Source of the DNA: Convolutriloba macropyga
Taxonomy: Eukaryota
Length of the DNA stretch: 64,000 bases
Direction of reading: 5' to 3'
Assembly: GCF_964194025.1 (NCBI RefSeq)
Contig: NC_134471.1
Location: forward strand, 31,496,001-31,560,000
Shown: positions 22,616 through 35,199 of the stretch, piece after piece
Layout: each line of letters starts with the position of its first letter
Position numbering within the stretch: the stretch's first letter is position 1
The notes under the pieces: model-generated
Seen by the model: only the letters and a program-made list of their open reading frames with translations
Databases searched by the model: none
Told to the model about the DNA's origin: nothing
Position numbers and translations under genes: made by a program

Positions 22616-25600
22616 TTATACTGACAAATCAGAGATATTTGGGTATGAGACTTCTAGTCCATGGTGTTCAAGTTCATTGGGGATAGTTACATTTAAATCT
22701 GCAATAGCAAAAAAAAATTCCAGTGTCGATCGTCTGGATAAATGTAATAATGATTTATGGTACCTGTGCTTAAGAACATATAAGTTATTTTTATACATGC
22801 TTTATAGTGTTTGTAACAAAAGGTAAACCATCTTTCTACTTTAAAAATTTTTAATTTTTCCTTACGAACGAACAAAATCATTTTGTTTTTGACAATTTGG
22901 TAGAAAACGAGGGAACAAGAACAAACTGATCGGGATACAAATGAATTAACAGGAAAGGAAAAAAAGAAGGGATAAAAAATGAGCAGGGAGAAAACTGTTT
23001 AATGAAGAGCGCCCAAGTGGGCAGTGCTCTTCGATATCAATGAGGGCTAGGAAGAATTCCCAGTGCGTCATTCCAATGGTGATTCGTGTAGTACCCTTGC
23101 ATTCACGTTTGTAGTCTGTATAATGGATAATGATACAGGCTTCAATCTCTCCGGTGGGAGTTTCAGTGAACGACCTCCCGAGGGACTCTACTTTAACTAG
23201 GCGGTTACCAAAATTGAACAGCATTATAGAAGATCTAAATTAAAAGGGATTTTGGTGCCATTTAACGCTTGGGATATTTTTATAAAAAAATGTCCAATAT
23301 GGGGAAGATGGTGTTAAAGTAATAGTGCCATCAGTCCAAGTATTTAAATATTCAAAATGTATTATTAGTTGTGGGATTACTCTGTTACTTTTTGTCGTGA
23401 CAAATGGTTTTTCAAAAATTGAAATTGTACAAGGCAGTTTTGGTATGAGAATATCTTTGCTGTTTTTAATTATTAATTGTGTCCAACTCGTTTTGACAAG
23501 AATCAGTTTTTGGCAGATCAAAAGAAATATTGTGAGGAACACAGTTTGGATTTTCTAGAATAAAGATGAAGAATTTCGCAATGGATTGAGAGAGGGTTAC
23601 TACTGTTTAAACCAAAGGTTTCACTTTGTATCTCTTTGAGTGTTACTAGCATGGTGGGAACAAGAGTTGGGTACGCATCAAAAGATCGTTGAATTTCGTG
23701 CAATTCTACAAATTTATTGTCAACTGCAAATATAACAGTTTGGAATGCTGGTAATTGAGCAATGTAGATTGGATGTCGAACTTCAAATATCGAGTTCTTT
23801 TTGTTAGCTAGAAAAATGGTTAATTCGGCGAATTGAGGATGGATTATGAAGATAGTTTACAGTCTATAAATATTGTCATAGGTTTTTTCACGAAAGTCAT
23901 TTTATTTATAGCAGAGACATTGTAGTTGTTTGTTAGTTCATTGTTTTTCCTTTCAAAGCTATGTATTGACGTAAGCTTATTTGAAAAAAATTAATGATAT
24001 AAAATTGTCAATTTTGGCTAAAAGCAGGATTATTGACAACGATTGCTATTAATAGATAATCCATCAATCGAATTCGCTTTAGCAAGATTGGAGTAGGTGA
24101 AAATTCGGGTAATAAATAGATGGACACAATTAGGATTAAAAAGTTGAAACTGGATTATAAGAAATAAAAAAAAACCAAAAGATTCCGCAAATTTCCCTCA
24201 AGGTTGAACTTATAACAGAATTCAAAATCTAGTAAGATTTTTCGTCAGGTACTTGAAACAATTTTCTATCCGATTCCAATGTTTACAAATTAATTATGTC
24301 ATCAACCAGGTCCCTTAACAATAAGAAATAATAAAAATTTGAATGCGGTACGTCCAGATCAGTAATGTCACTAAAATAGAACGATGCAACTCTAAGAGTT
24401 ACATTACTTCCTAAGGTAGAAATACTTGATGATACCATTTGTCCGGTGTATTGTCCCAATCTAACGAATAAAGCGTTAGGCTGTTCAATGAATTTGGGCT
24501 GCCTAACATATCGTCCTTGAGGTGTATCTGAAAAAGATGTTAATTAATTGGTAGAGTCTAACACATATAACTTTCATCAATTTTTGGGACAAACCTCCCG
24601 AGGGACTCTACTTTAACTAGGCGGTTACCAAAATTGAACAGCATTATAGAAGATCTAAATTAAAAGGGATTTTGGTGCCATTTAACGCTTGGGATATATT
24701 TATAAAAAATGTCCAATATGGGGAAGATGGTGTTAAAGTAATAGTGCCATCAGTCCAATTATTTAAATATTCAAAATGTATTATTAGTTGTGGGATTACT
24801 CTGTTACTTTTTGTCGTGACAAATGGTTTTTCAAAAATTGAAATTGTACAAGGCAGTTTTGGTATGAGAATATCATTGCTGTTTTTAATTATTAATTGTG
24901 TCCAACTCGTTTTGACAAGAATCAGTTTTTGGCAGATCAAAAGAAATATTGTGAGGAACACAGTTTGGATTTTCTAGAATAAAGATGAAGAATTTCGCAA
25001 TGGATTGAGAGAGGGTTACTACTGTTTAAACCAAAGGTTTCACTTTGTATCTCTTTGAGTGTTACTAGCATGGTGGGAACAAGAGTTGGGTACGCATCAA
25101 AAGATCGTTGAATTTCGTGCAATTCTACAAATTTATTGTCAACTGCAAATATAACAGTTTGGAATGCTGGTAATTGAGCAATGTAGATTGGATGTCGAAC
25201 TTCAAATATCGAGTTCTTTTTGTTAGCTAGAAAAATGGTTAATTCGGCGAATTGAGGATGGATTATGAAGATAGTTTACAGTCTATAAATATTGTCATAG
25301 GTTTTTTTCACGAAAGTCATTTTATTTATAGCAGAGACATTGTATACTGCTAAAAGCTCAAAACTTTGATTTTCGATTCTGACCTGTAAGTTTCTATTAG
25401 TTAAGTGGATCACAATTGCTGGTCTAGTTCTTTAAGCAAACTAATAGGATCAAATTGTGCTAAATAAACAAAATAGTTCCAATACAACAATTGAGGGGTT
25501 TAAATGACACTATCGTTTTCCTGCGTGTCCCAAAGTTCGAACTTTATAACCATTTGAGGGAAAATGTCTCCGTGATTTTCTTCAAATGTTTTCTTTATTT

Positions 25601-26260
25601 GATAGATTGATCAAGTGGATCTTGAAACAAAAAGTACATTAATTGAGGCGTATTAGTTGTTTGTTAGTTCATTGTTTTTCCTTTCAAAGCTATGTATTGA
25701 CGTAAGCTTATTTGAAAAAAATTAATGATATAAAATTGTCAATTTTGGCTAAAAGCAGGATTATTGACAACGATTGCTATTAATAGATAATCCATCAATC
25801 GAATTCGCTTTAGCAAGATTGGAGTAGGTGAAAATTCAGGTAATAAATAGATGGACACAATTAGGATTAAAAAGTTGAAACTGGATTATAAGAAATAAAA
25901 AAAACCAAAAGATTCCGCAAATTTCCCTCAAGGTTGAACTTATAACAGAATTCAAAATCTAGTAAGATTTTTCGTCAGGTACTTGAAACAATTTTCTATC
26001 CGATTCCAATGTTTACAAATTAATTATGTCATCAACCAGGGCTTTAACAATAAGAAGTAATAAAAATTTGAATGCGGTACGTCCAGATCAGTAATGTCAC
26101 TAAAATAGAACGATGCAACTCTAAGAGTTACATTACTTCCTAAGGTAGAAATACTTGATGATACCATTTGTCCGGTGTATTGTCCCAATCTAACGAATAA
26201 AGCGTTAGGCTGTTCAATGAATTTGGGCTGCATAACATATCGTCCTTGAGGTGTATCTGA
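22616..26260 (-). pseudogene. Tandem array of paralogous ~75-aa 'W-x-F-F' accessory domains of unknown function
   Basis: Units at ~22616-22881, 22946-23224, 23240-23480 (=24644-24900), 23500-23740 (=24920-25160) and 25430-25640 share an alignable pattern; 26024-26260 may be a more distant member. Confidence 0.6.
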
Positions 26261-26322
26261 AAAAGATGTTAATTAATTGGTAGAGTCTAACACATATAAC
26301 TTTCATCAATTTTTGGGACAAA
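23173..26322. repeat. Near-identical tandem duplication X-Y / X'-Z-Y'
   Basis: 23173-23924 = 24593-25344 and 23925-24593 = 25656-26322; the segment 25345-25655 (311 bp) is absent from the left copy. Confidence 0.95.
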
Positions 26323-26529
26323 TTTTTTTAAATATAAAAAGACTACTTTCACGACTTTGATCACAGCTTTAGGGAGGTGGAACACACTTCGAATGTTAGC
26401 ATCATTTTATTGTTGTGGTTGATGCGACTCGAGACTTGGGTATGCTGGTTTATTATTTTCAGTATTTCAATGCTGATCAATTTTAGTTTCTCTTTGTTGG
26501 TCCTTAACACACTTTTAACTTTGTTCTAT

Positions 26530-28639
26530 TGTGCTGTAAGGATGATAATTACTACGTGGTAAAATTGATTGGTGCTCTGTGGAGCCGATGGTCTCGTTTC
26601 GCTGGAAAATACCGATGTAAACAAGGATAAGATACAAAGATTTTAAGTTGCTCCTTATTAAATTTTCGAAAAACCCATTGTTTCGTTGGATATTCTGTGG
26701 ATTTCGAATGCTCTAATGATAATTACAATTACATCAGTTAAGAAATTTATTCACAAGAAACGAGCAAAATAAACTCCAATTTTTTCCAGATAAAAAGTGA
26801 TGATTCCAAAAGTGTATGTGAAACCAGAGAGTCTAGATAAATTTGTCTATTAATGCCCATTGCTGACGCATAGATATCTTTTTGTGAATAGTCTATGCTT
26901 CATCCTTCTAAAAATTCTCTGAAAATTTTTATCAAAACAGATTTTGATGCTTCCGAGTGCAAGATATTGTCCCAAAAAGATTTAAGTTGATTTGGTGTGT
27001 AACTTACGTCGTAATTCGTAACCGGTAAATTTTGAAACAGAACTAACAACTCTTGAATAGAATACTTTTGGCGGTTGTAAAGGAACAAGTGCTGGCATCA
27101 AATGGTACCATGAATTTTCATTATCAATATCTAACTGGTAGGCATTTTTGTAGCCTCCAACACAATCTACTTCGATTGCAAATGGATAGCTTTTTCGAGT
27201 AATTGGGTCGACGAATATTGTCCAGTCACCATAGTGAATAGGAATCCTATCATAACACTGGTCAAGAAGCCCAAGTGGTGATTTTTGTTCTGGACAGTTG
27301 TACAGCCGACCTATGCTACCATCTGTGTCTAAAAACATCGAGCGGTTGCCGGTTAACATGTTTCGAGCTAAACGATTAATTTGGATAGCCAGCATGAGTA
27401 TCATTTGTTTTTGAGTTCGATCAAGTTCGCATTGCTCTATAACCAAACTTTTCCATGCTTGTTTTAATGGTTTGTAATTATGGTATATGACAAAATCCAT
27501 TTTTACCGCAAGGTTAAGATCATAGTCCAACTTGTCTTGTCGGATAATCGGATCTGGTCATCTGAAGGCTTCCTATTAAATCCATTTACACTTAGGCTGT
27601 TGTCAGGATCAATAAAAAGTTTAAAGAAAAAAACGTTTAATTTTTGACTTATAAGTTTTGACAGTCTTCATATTAAATCCGCCTTTATAAGAAACATAAA
27701 AAGAATCTGAATTTGTTCTGTAAGTAAACGCTGGTTTTCCACACACCCTTTCCTTTTGATCAACTACTCTAATCTTTATGTCCATTTCAGCAGGAGAATA
27801 CGTTCCTAGTCCATCATATGGCGTCTCCGGTTTTTCATCACTCAATATGAAATATTGTACGTTACCAAGTTCGTTTTCATGTTTTAGCATTTTTGCATTT
27901 TGTGAAAGCCTTTAGTAACTATACAATTTTCCGGTTCCTACCAATTGCATGCAAAAGGGTCGAGTGATGTCAAATGACAACCTCCTTCTGAGAGGGCACA
28001 AGGAAGTTTTAACCCTTGACTGTAATAGACAGATCTGTCATTAAGATCAAAATCGAGTAGAAAAAAGTTTAATTTTATTACGGTTAACAAAAGATGTTGA
28101 TGAGTCACCTTCAAGATCAACTCCCTGGTTTTTATAGGAGACCGTTTTCATTGTATGTTTTATGTCTACTTCCATATCATTATCATCAAATTCGGTAACA
28201 GTAATTTTACAGTTTTATTGGCAATTAGACATCGTTCTGGTGAAACAATAATGTCGTATGTTATTATTGGGGCGTTGTGTACAATTGATGAATGGCAAAA
28301 CATACCACAATTATAATGAATGAGCACCGCAGTGACTTTGCACATAAGAGCTTTAACAAAGGCATGATAAGAACGCTGATAATGAGTTACATGTGTATCA
28401 ACCATCTGAATAATTTCGGGTGTGATTTTGCCAGGAGAAACTTGTGTTAGAGCATACATTTTATTTTCTTTCATTTTAGAACAGTCATAGTGAATGACCC
28501 TAAGTTTCCTAAACACATCATTATTATCCTCAAATGGACGTTCAGTAGCGTTAATAACAATAAAAAGAGTACAACAGTAGAAAAGACTTACAACTAAATA
28601 AGGAAAATAGAGTTTATCGAAATAAAGAAATCTTTTCAT
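26530..28639 (-). pseudogene. env: env, chuvirus-G/gB-type (class III) glycoprotein-like, frameshifted
   Basis: Signal-like N-terminus MKRFLYF...VVSLFYCCTLFIVINA; HYDC; CKV...NCGMFCHSSIVHN...SPERC; LPC.LSEGGC; EQCELDR...LYNC...CYDRIPI...FVDPITR...EVDC; C-terminal TM-like TFGIITFYLEKIGVYF...TDVIVIIIRAF. Confidence 0.8.
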
Positions 28640-28918
28640 CCTGGTATTTTTAGCTCCTCAAGTCGAGAGTTAAGGCCATGAGTTGTAGTTAAAGGCACGT
28701 CCAGTAATAGTTGACTGATTTTATTGTTACCTAAAACAAAATCAAGTTAATCCGGCTTGATAGCGTGATGGCGGCTTGGCCACGCGACTAGAAGTTCGCC
28801 TATTGTTGTTATTTTCTAAAGTTTGCAAACTAGGTCCTTATTCCGATCTATTAGGGCGGGGAGGACTTAAAATTTGGTCTAATGGTAATCTGGAATTGTT
28901 CTGTGGGCAAGGAGTTGA

Positions 28919-30315
28919 GTAATTATGATATATGACAAAATCGATTTTTACCGCAAGGTTAAGATCATAGTCTAACTCGTCTTTGTCTAAGTGTTCCCAT
29001 GCAACAAAACCATTGTCGGATGTTCGGATCTGGTCACTTGAAGGCTTCCTATTAAACCTTTTTACAATAAGGCTGTTGTAAGGATCAATAAGAAGTTTAT
29101 GAAAGAAAAGTTTAATTTTTGACTGATAAGGTTTGCCAGTCTTCATATTAAATCCGCCTTTATAAGAACCATAAAAAGAATTTGTTCTGCAAAAAAAATT
29201 CTGGTTTTCCACACACCTTTTCCTTTTCAACAACTACTCTAATTTTTATGTCCATTTCAGCGGGAGAATAAGTTTCTGGTCCTCCTTAGGGCGTCTCCCG
29301 TTTTTCATCACTCACTGTGAAATATTTTACGTTACCAAGTTAGTTTTCATTTTTTTAGCATATTTGCATTTTGTGAAAATCTTTTAATAACTTTACAACT
29401 CTCCGGTTCCTCCCAATTGTATGCAAAAGGGTCGAGTTATGTCGAATGACAACAGCCTCCTTCTGAGAGGGCACACGGAAGTTTTAATCCTTGACTGTTA
29501 TAGACGGATCTGTCATTAAGATCAATAGCGAGTAGAAGAAAACTTAATTTTACCACGGTTATCAAAAGATGTTGATGAATCAATTTCAAGATCAACTCCC
29601 TAGTTTTTATAGGAGACTGTTTTTATTCCATGTTTTATGTCTACTTCCATGTCATCATCATCAAATTCGGTAACAGTAATTTTCCAGTTTTATTGTCAAT
29701 TAGACATTGTTCGGGTAAAACAATAATGTTATGTTATTATTGGAACGTTGTGTACAATTGATGAATGGCAAAACATACTACAATTATAATGAATGAGCAC
29801 CGCAGTGACTTTGCACAAAAGAGCTTTAACAAAAGCATGATATGAACGCTGATAAAGTTTTACATGAGTATCACCATCTGAATATTTTAGGGTGTGATTT
29901 TGCCAGGAGAAACTTGTTTTAGAGCATACATTTTATTTTCTTTCATTTAAGAACAGTCATAGTGAATGACCCTTAAATTGCTAAATACATCATTATTATC
30001 CTCAAAAGGAGGTTCAGTAGAGTTAAAAACTATAAAAAGAGTACAAAAGTAGAAAATACTCACAACTAAATAAGGAAAAGACTCACAACTAAATAGTCCT
30101 TATTTAGTTGTAGAAAAGACTCATAACTAAATAAGGACTAAATAAGGAAGAGAGTTAAGGCTATGAGTTGTAGTTAAAGGCACGTCCAGTAACGCCTATT
30201 GTTGTTATTTTCTAAAGTTTGCAAACTAGGTCCTTGTTCCGATCTATTAGGTCGGGGAGGACTTAAATTTAGGTCTAATGCTATTCTGGAATTGTTCTTT
30301 GTGCAAGGAGTTGAG
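28919..30315 (-). pseudogene. env: Diverged tandem duplicate of the pol 3' tail and env 5' half
   Basis: Aligns with ~27474-28918 with scattered substitutions and complementary indels. Confidence 0.85.
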
Positions 30316-30769
30316 CTTCTTGTTCGACTACCAATGGGCAGGTTTGTCTGGACTAAAGGGTGGCTGTCACGACCACCTGATTTTGCTTCATTAAACCCAA
30401 AATCAAAATTGGTAGGAGTTCGGTCAGCGTCTAAGTTCTGCACGGCTGAATCTCTTCGTATGAAATTCTCCACGAGGAAATGTTCGGTGTTAGTTGGGCT
30501 TTGGAAGGAGAACTTAGTCAAAGGACTGTTGAGTTTATTCAATTGAGTTGTCATTAAGTTATTATAAAATGTATCACAATTATTTTTATCTATACCATAT
30601 TCTAGGGTTAACTCTGGTATGTTTTCAGTAGCTGTGTAATACTCAACTAGGTGATTTCTATGAGCAACCTATCCTGGTAGCTATCCGGGCAACTTTCCGG
30701 GCAACTTTCCGGGTTGTTATCTAAAGTTATTTCTTAGTTGATTTTGGTTAATTTTTTAGCTACAGTATG

Positions 30770-31620
30770 AGGACCTGATCTCAGCTCGTGTAGTTTTTGT
30801 GACGTTCCTAGCTCAATTTGATGGTTTTCCTTTCAAAATTGTCCAATCTCCAGTGGCTTACCTTACTTGTGTTTATTTCTGTGTTTATGTCTGCGGTTAT
30901 TATTTTCTAGGCTCTTTTCATAAGCGTTGTTATATATTTGTTTAAATTCATTTTCTCGCATGAGCAATGAATTGCTGACAGTTGGTTTTAGGAGTTTGTC
31001 AATTTCTGTGTTTTTGGAAGTTTGCAGGGCATGCCTGTGAAGAGGCAGGTCTTTGCAAAACTCGGAGGAGCATGTTAGTTGTGAATTTCGTAGAAGTCCT
31101 AACTTAAGTGACAGAGGTATCTGTGGTTTTTTATCCGAACACAATTTCATAAGGTGAGATTCCAGTACTAGCATTTAGAACCGCGTTACGAGAAAAAGCA
31201 AATTTTGGTGCCAGTTCATCCCATTGACCTTGAGCATGTTCTTGAAAAATTCGGAAATGTGCTCCTAAATGTTTGTTTTGGATCTCGACTTTACCATTAG
31301 TCCAAGGCTCATAAGCAGTTCGAGGTGCGTGTGTTATACCTAAGTCATGAATATAACTCGCAAAATCTTGGTTCATGAATGCCGAACCCTTATCATACAC
31401 AAGTTTTTGCGGTATTCCAAAAGACAAGATTAACCTTTCTAAAGCTTCTAAATCTTTCTTCAGGTTTTCAATACATTTATACATTCCGGGCCATTAAAAA
31501 AATCACTTTACTTTAGCAAGTGTTTTATCTAAATCTGAAATACCTGACAGTTTGCAATGAGCTAACTGAGAAGCTTCAAAAAACAATGAAAGCGGTACAC
31601 ATATTTTCAAAAACTCAATA
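30770..31620 (-). pseudogene. pol: Integrase (internally deleted)
   Basis: WPGMYK fused to FGIPQKLVYDKGSAF...RTAYEPWTNGKVE...STGISPYEIVFG; GPY-like RSGPHTV near 30770-30790. Confidence 0.9.
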
Positions 31621-32449
31621 TCCGGTTCGTCTGTTTGTTATTGAATACATAATATGTTATCTACAAAACTCAATTTTTCAAAGTTATTATTATACGACAT
31701 TATGGCTTTAAATTGTCGAAATTCAATTTTCTTTTCATCTTTGTTATTGATCGTCCTTAATTGACGAATTTGTTGTAGCACTGGGTCTTATAATTGTTCT
31801 TGACAAATAACCGATGTATTTCAATCAACTTCCTTAGAGAAGGATGTCAGTTTATCGATGAGTTCTCATCATTCTTTTATTTTTGGATTTCGGGGATTTT
31901 TTTGCTAATTCGATTTTATCTATACAAGTACTATTCTTCACGAGAAAATTTTTATTGTATTCTATAGGGAACCTATACTCCAAGTCTGTTTTATTAGTTT
32001 GACCAATTTAGAATTTGTCAAAATTTAATTCCGTCGACTGGTTCTCACTGAACAACTCAAACTCCAAAATTGGGTAAAATTTTTGTTCGGTTATCTGTTT
32101 CTCGAGATAGGAATGAGTTTTTGTATAGTAATCAGACATTTCATCCTCCTCCTGTTCAAATACAGGGGTTGTTTCATGTTCGCCGTGACGCCTGTAGGGG
32201 TTAATTGATGAACCATACGATAAATCTTCCAAAAAATTGTTTTTTGAGCAAATTCTGTTTTGGTGGTTGTCGTGTTTTTGCATTACCATTTTGTCGTTTT
32301 CGAAATTGAATTTGTCGATACCCCTTATGCTTGGTTTTAGGATTGGAAAAAAATCATCTGCTGGTTCCTTTTCATTATCACGCAAAATGAAACTTTTTTC
32401 CTCATTACCATGCTCGTCGTAAAAACTAATGTCTTTGGTATCTTTTTGT

Positions 32450-33985
32450 GTTGAAGTTGATACATAGGATGTCGGGAGAAGCTTAACTTTTGAAATTGTT
32501 TTGAAATTGAGAGATTACTAACTGGTATCTGAAAAACCTGCGAGAGAGTTTTCCTCTTCTACCCCATAGATACATTAAAAGCTTATGGTCTGTGTACTCT
32601 TATACGGGATGAGGAGAACCAATTAGGTAATGCTCATAAGTTTGTAATGCATATCTTACACCGCAAAGTTTGGTGCTGTGGTGCTCATTTTTTGTTCCTC
32701 TTTATAAGTTCTAGAGTTAAAAGACACTATTCGTTTCCCTTATGGAAATTCGTGAACGAGAATTGAGCCTACTCGTATAGAAGAAGCGTCTACATGCACG
32801 TGGAAAGGCTGTTTAGTATCAGGTATTGCAAAGACATATTCGCTAATCCTGGTTTATATGTCATTATACGATTTTTCGTGTTCCGTTGTCCAGACAAATT
32901 TAGTTTTTGTGCGGGTTAGGTCATAGAAGGGATTGCAGTCAAAGTGCAAATTTCTGATGAACATGCTGTAGAATCCTAAGCAACCTAGAATTCTCATGAC
33001 ATTGTTTTTTTCAGGCGACTTAAGTGCTTTTAAATCCGTTACTCGCTTCTTGACTGGCTGTATTCCATCTTAACCTACTACGTGTCCCAAGAATTGTACT
33101 TTCCTAACGAAGAATTTAGTCTTTTCGGGTTGAGCTTTCAACCCTGATTTCCTTAAGAATTCGTAGTAGTTGTCAATTATTTCAAATATTTCGGTTTGGT
33201 CTTGAACTTGCATGATAGTGTCATCAATGTAGATTATGGCGTGTTTTTTTTCTGATTAGTGGTGCACAGTGAATAGCCAGTATACGATTGAGGAAATTAG
33301 GTAGACCGCATAGTCCATAAAATCCGAGTTCAAATGTGTATTGCTTTGGACCAATTACAAAACTTACCAGCTGTTTGGTTTCTTCGGTTAGAGGGACCTG
33401 GTTATAAGCTGACCAAATATCACAGGTTGTGAAGAAATTACCTTTCAGTCTAGTTAATGGGCTTTCTATTGGTTTGTGTGGCCATGAATATCGACTCAGA
33501 TCTGTTATTGAACTCAAATGTCGGGCGTCTATAACCAGTTTTACTGTGTTCCCCTTGGGTAAGATTATGATTGGATTAATAAATTGTGAACCCATTTCTT
33601 TATTGTTACCCAATTTCCGGATTATACCTGTTTTACACAGTTGTTCCAAAAAATTTTCTAGTTTTTCCTGAAAATGTAATGGTACTTTGGATGGTCTCTG
33701 TTTTGTTAAAGTTGAATTAGGTAAAAGTTTGACATGAAATTTTTGATTTATCTTTCCAACATCGTATTTGTGTTGAGAATAAACGTCCTTATTATTAGTT
33801 CTCATTAACTTGTCTAAGCTTTCGTCATTGGTTTCAGCTTGACTGAAATCAAACCTTTTGAGAAATGTTTGGTCGGTTTTGTCAAATCTGTTTTCTTTGG
33901 GAAGATCAACGGGTCCGATCTTTTCATCAGTTGATTCCAATTGCGGCTTTAGATCCTTGAGGTCGTCGCTAAAGTTTAATTCCAA
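32450..33985 (-). pseudogene. pol: Reverse transcriptase and RNase H
   Basis: NPIIILPK...KLVIDAR, TTCDIWSAYNQVPL, GFYGLCGLP, AIIYIDDTIM (~33215-33240), RNase H PFHVHVDAS (~32785-32810). Confidence 0.95.
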
Positions 33986-34461
33986 TTCGTAGTTGTTGGT
34001 AAAATCTTGCTGTTTAAGTCGCTTTTCTGTTTGCTTTTGTTTTTCAGAAGTTTTGTTGGATTCGAAGAATTTTTACTTTTTGAAATTTTTGCACCTTGTT
34101 TTTCACATGGAATATTTGATCCCAATTAGTGTCACTATACATTAGGTTGTTTATGGTTGCAACGTTGTCAACTACAGAAAGTTTTGGGTTTTGTCGAATT
34201 TCAATGTCTTCTAAAGTGTGCCCAGTAGGACCCTTTTGGATGACAACCTTGTTGTTTTGGGGATTGCTTAGCATTATTGGTAATTCTTCTTCTTTTCTAA
34301 AACACTGAACATTGTAAGTATAAATTCCTTGAGCCTGTAGTTCACTTCCGATTACAAAGGAGGTTCCTTTTTTGAAAAATTCATTTGGTGGTCTGTCTAA
34401 TTGATATTACGCGAGCTGATTTTTGTGCTCATGGTAGCTGCTAATCAAGAGTTACAATTTT

Positions 34462-34860
34462 TTAGGAACTAAAGTACGGAAAGCTTTTCGTTTGGTATCT
34501 AGATAATTTGACGTCTACATCAGTGTAAGCTTTTAAATCAATTTTTGGAGTTCTTATGTCCATGGATTTCAGTGTAGATTCAAGCAAGTCCATTCTCAAC
34601 AAGTTCGAGTTGCTACCATTTTTGGCTGAAGCACATGCGGTAAATTCGACTTGATACTTTCCTTCAATGTTGACGGAAGTTTTAAAAGTAGTTTGACATA
34701 GCACTTTTAGTTTCTCGCCATTAACCGCTAAAGTATGATTTTTTGAAGCCTTCATCTCAATATGCCGTGTTTTGCATATTTGAATGTAAGTTTGGTAATT
34801 AATCAAAGAGCTTGATGCTCCTGTGTTCAATAAAAACTGTGTTTCTAAACCGTTATTTTT
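34462..34860 (-). pseudogene. pol: Aspartic protease
   Basis: FLLNTGASSSLIN (LDTGA with catalytic D replaced by N) ... NLLRMDLL. Confidence 0.85.
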
Positions 34861-35199
34861 ATTTTTGTCTCGGAGGGATTGATATAAATTAATAAAAAAT
34901 TGTGAATAATTTGCTTTGTTTTCAGTAGTGCTTATGTACGGAGATCTGTCTAGTTTAAGTACTTGTCGTTGTAATTCTCATCATTGTAATAGCCTCTGGG
35001 AGTTTCACTAGTAAAGTGGACTCGAGGGTTTCGCCCTTCACTGTTATCTCTTGAATGAATAGCATTGTTTTGCCTAGTAGGTGTCCTATCACGGTCATGG
35101 ACTCTACTCCTCTCACGATATTGATTATCTGATCTTGAAGGTGCGTTGCTTTGTCTATCGCTACTATTTTGCCTATTGCTATCTCTATAGGAGTTGTTT

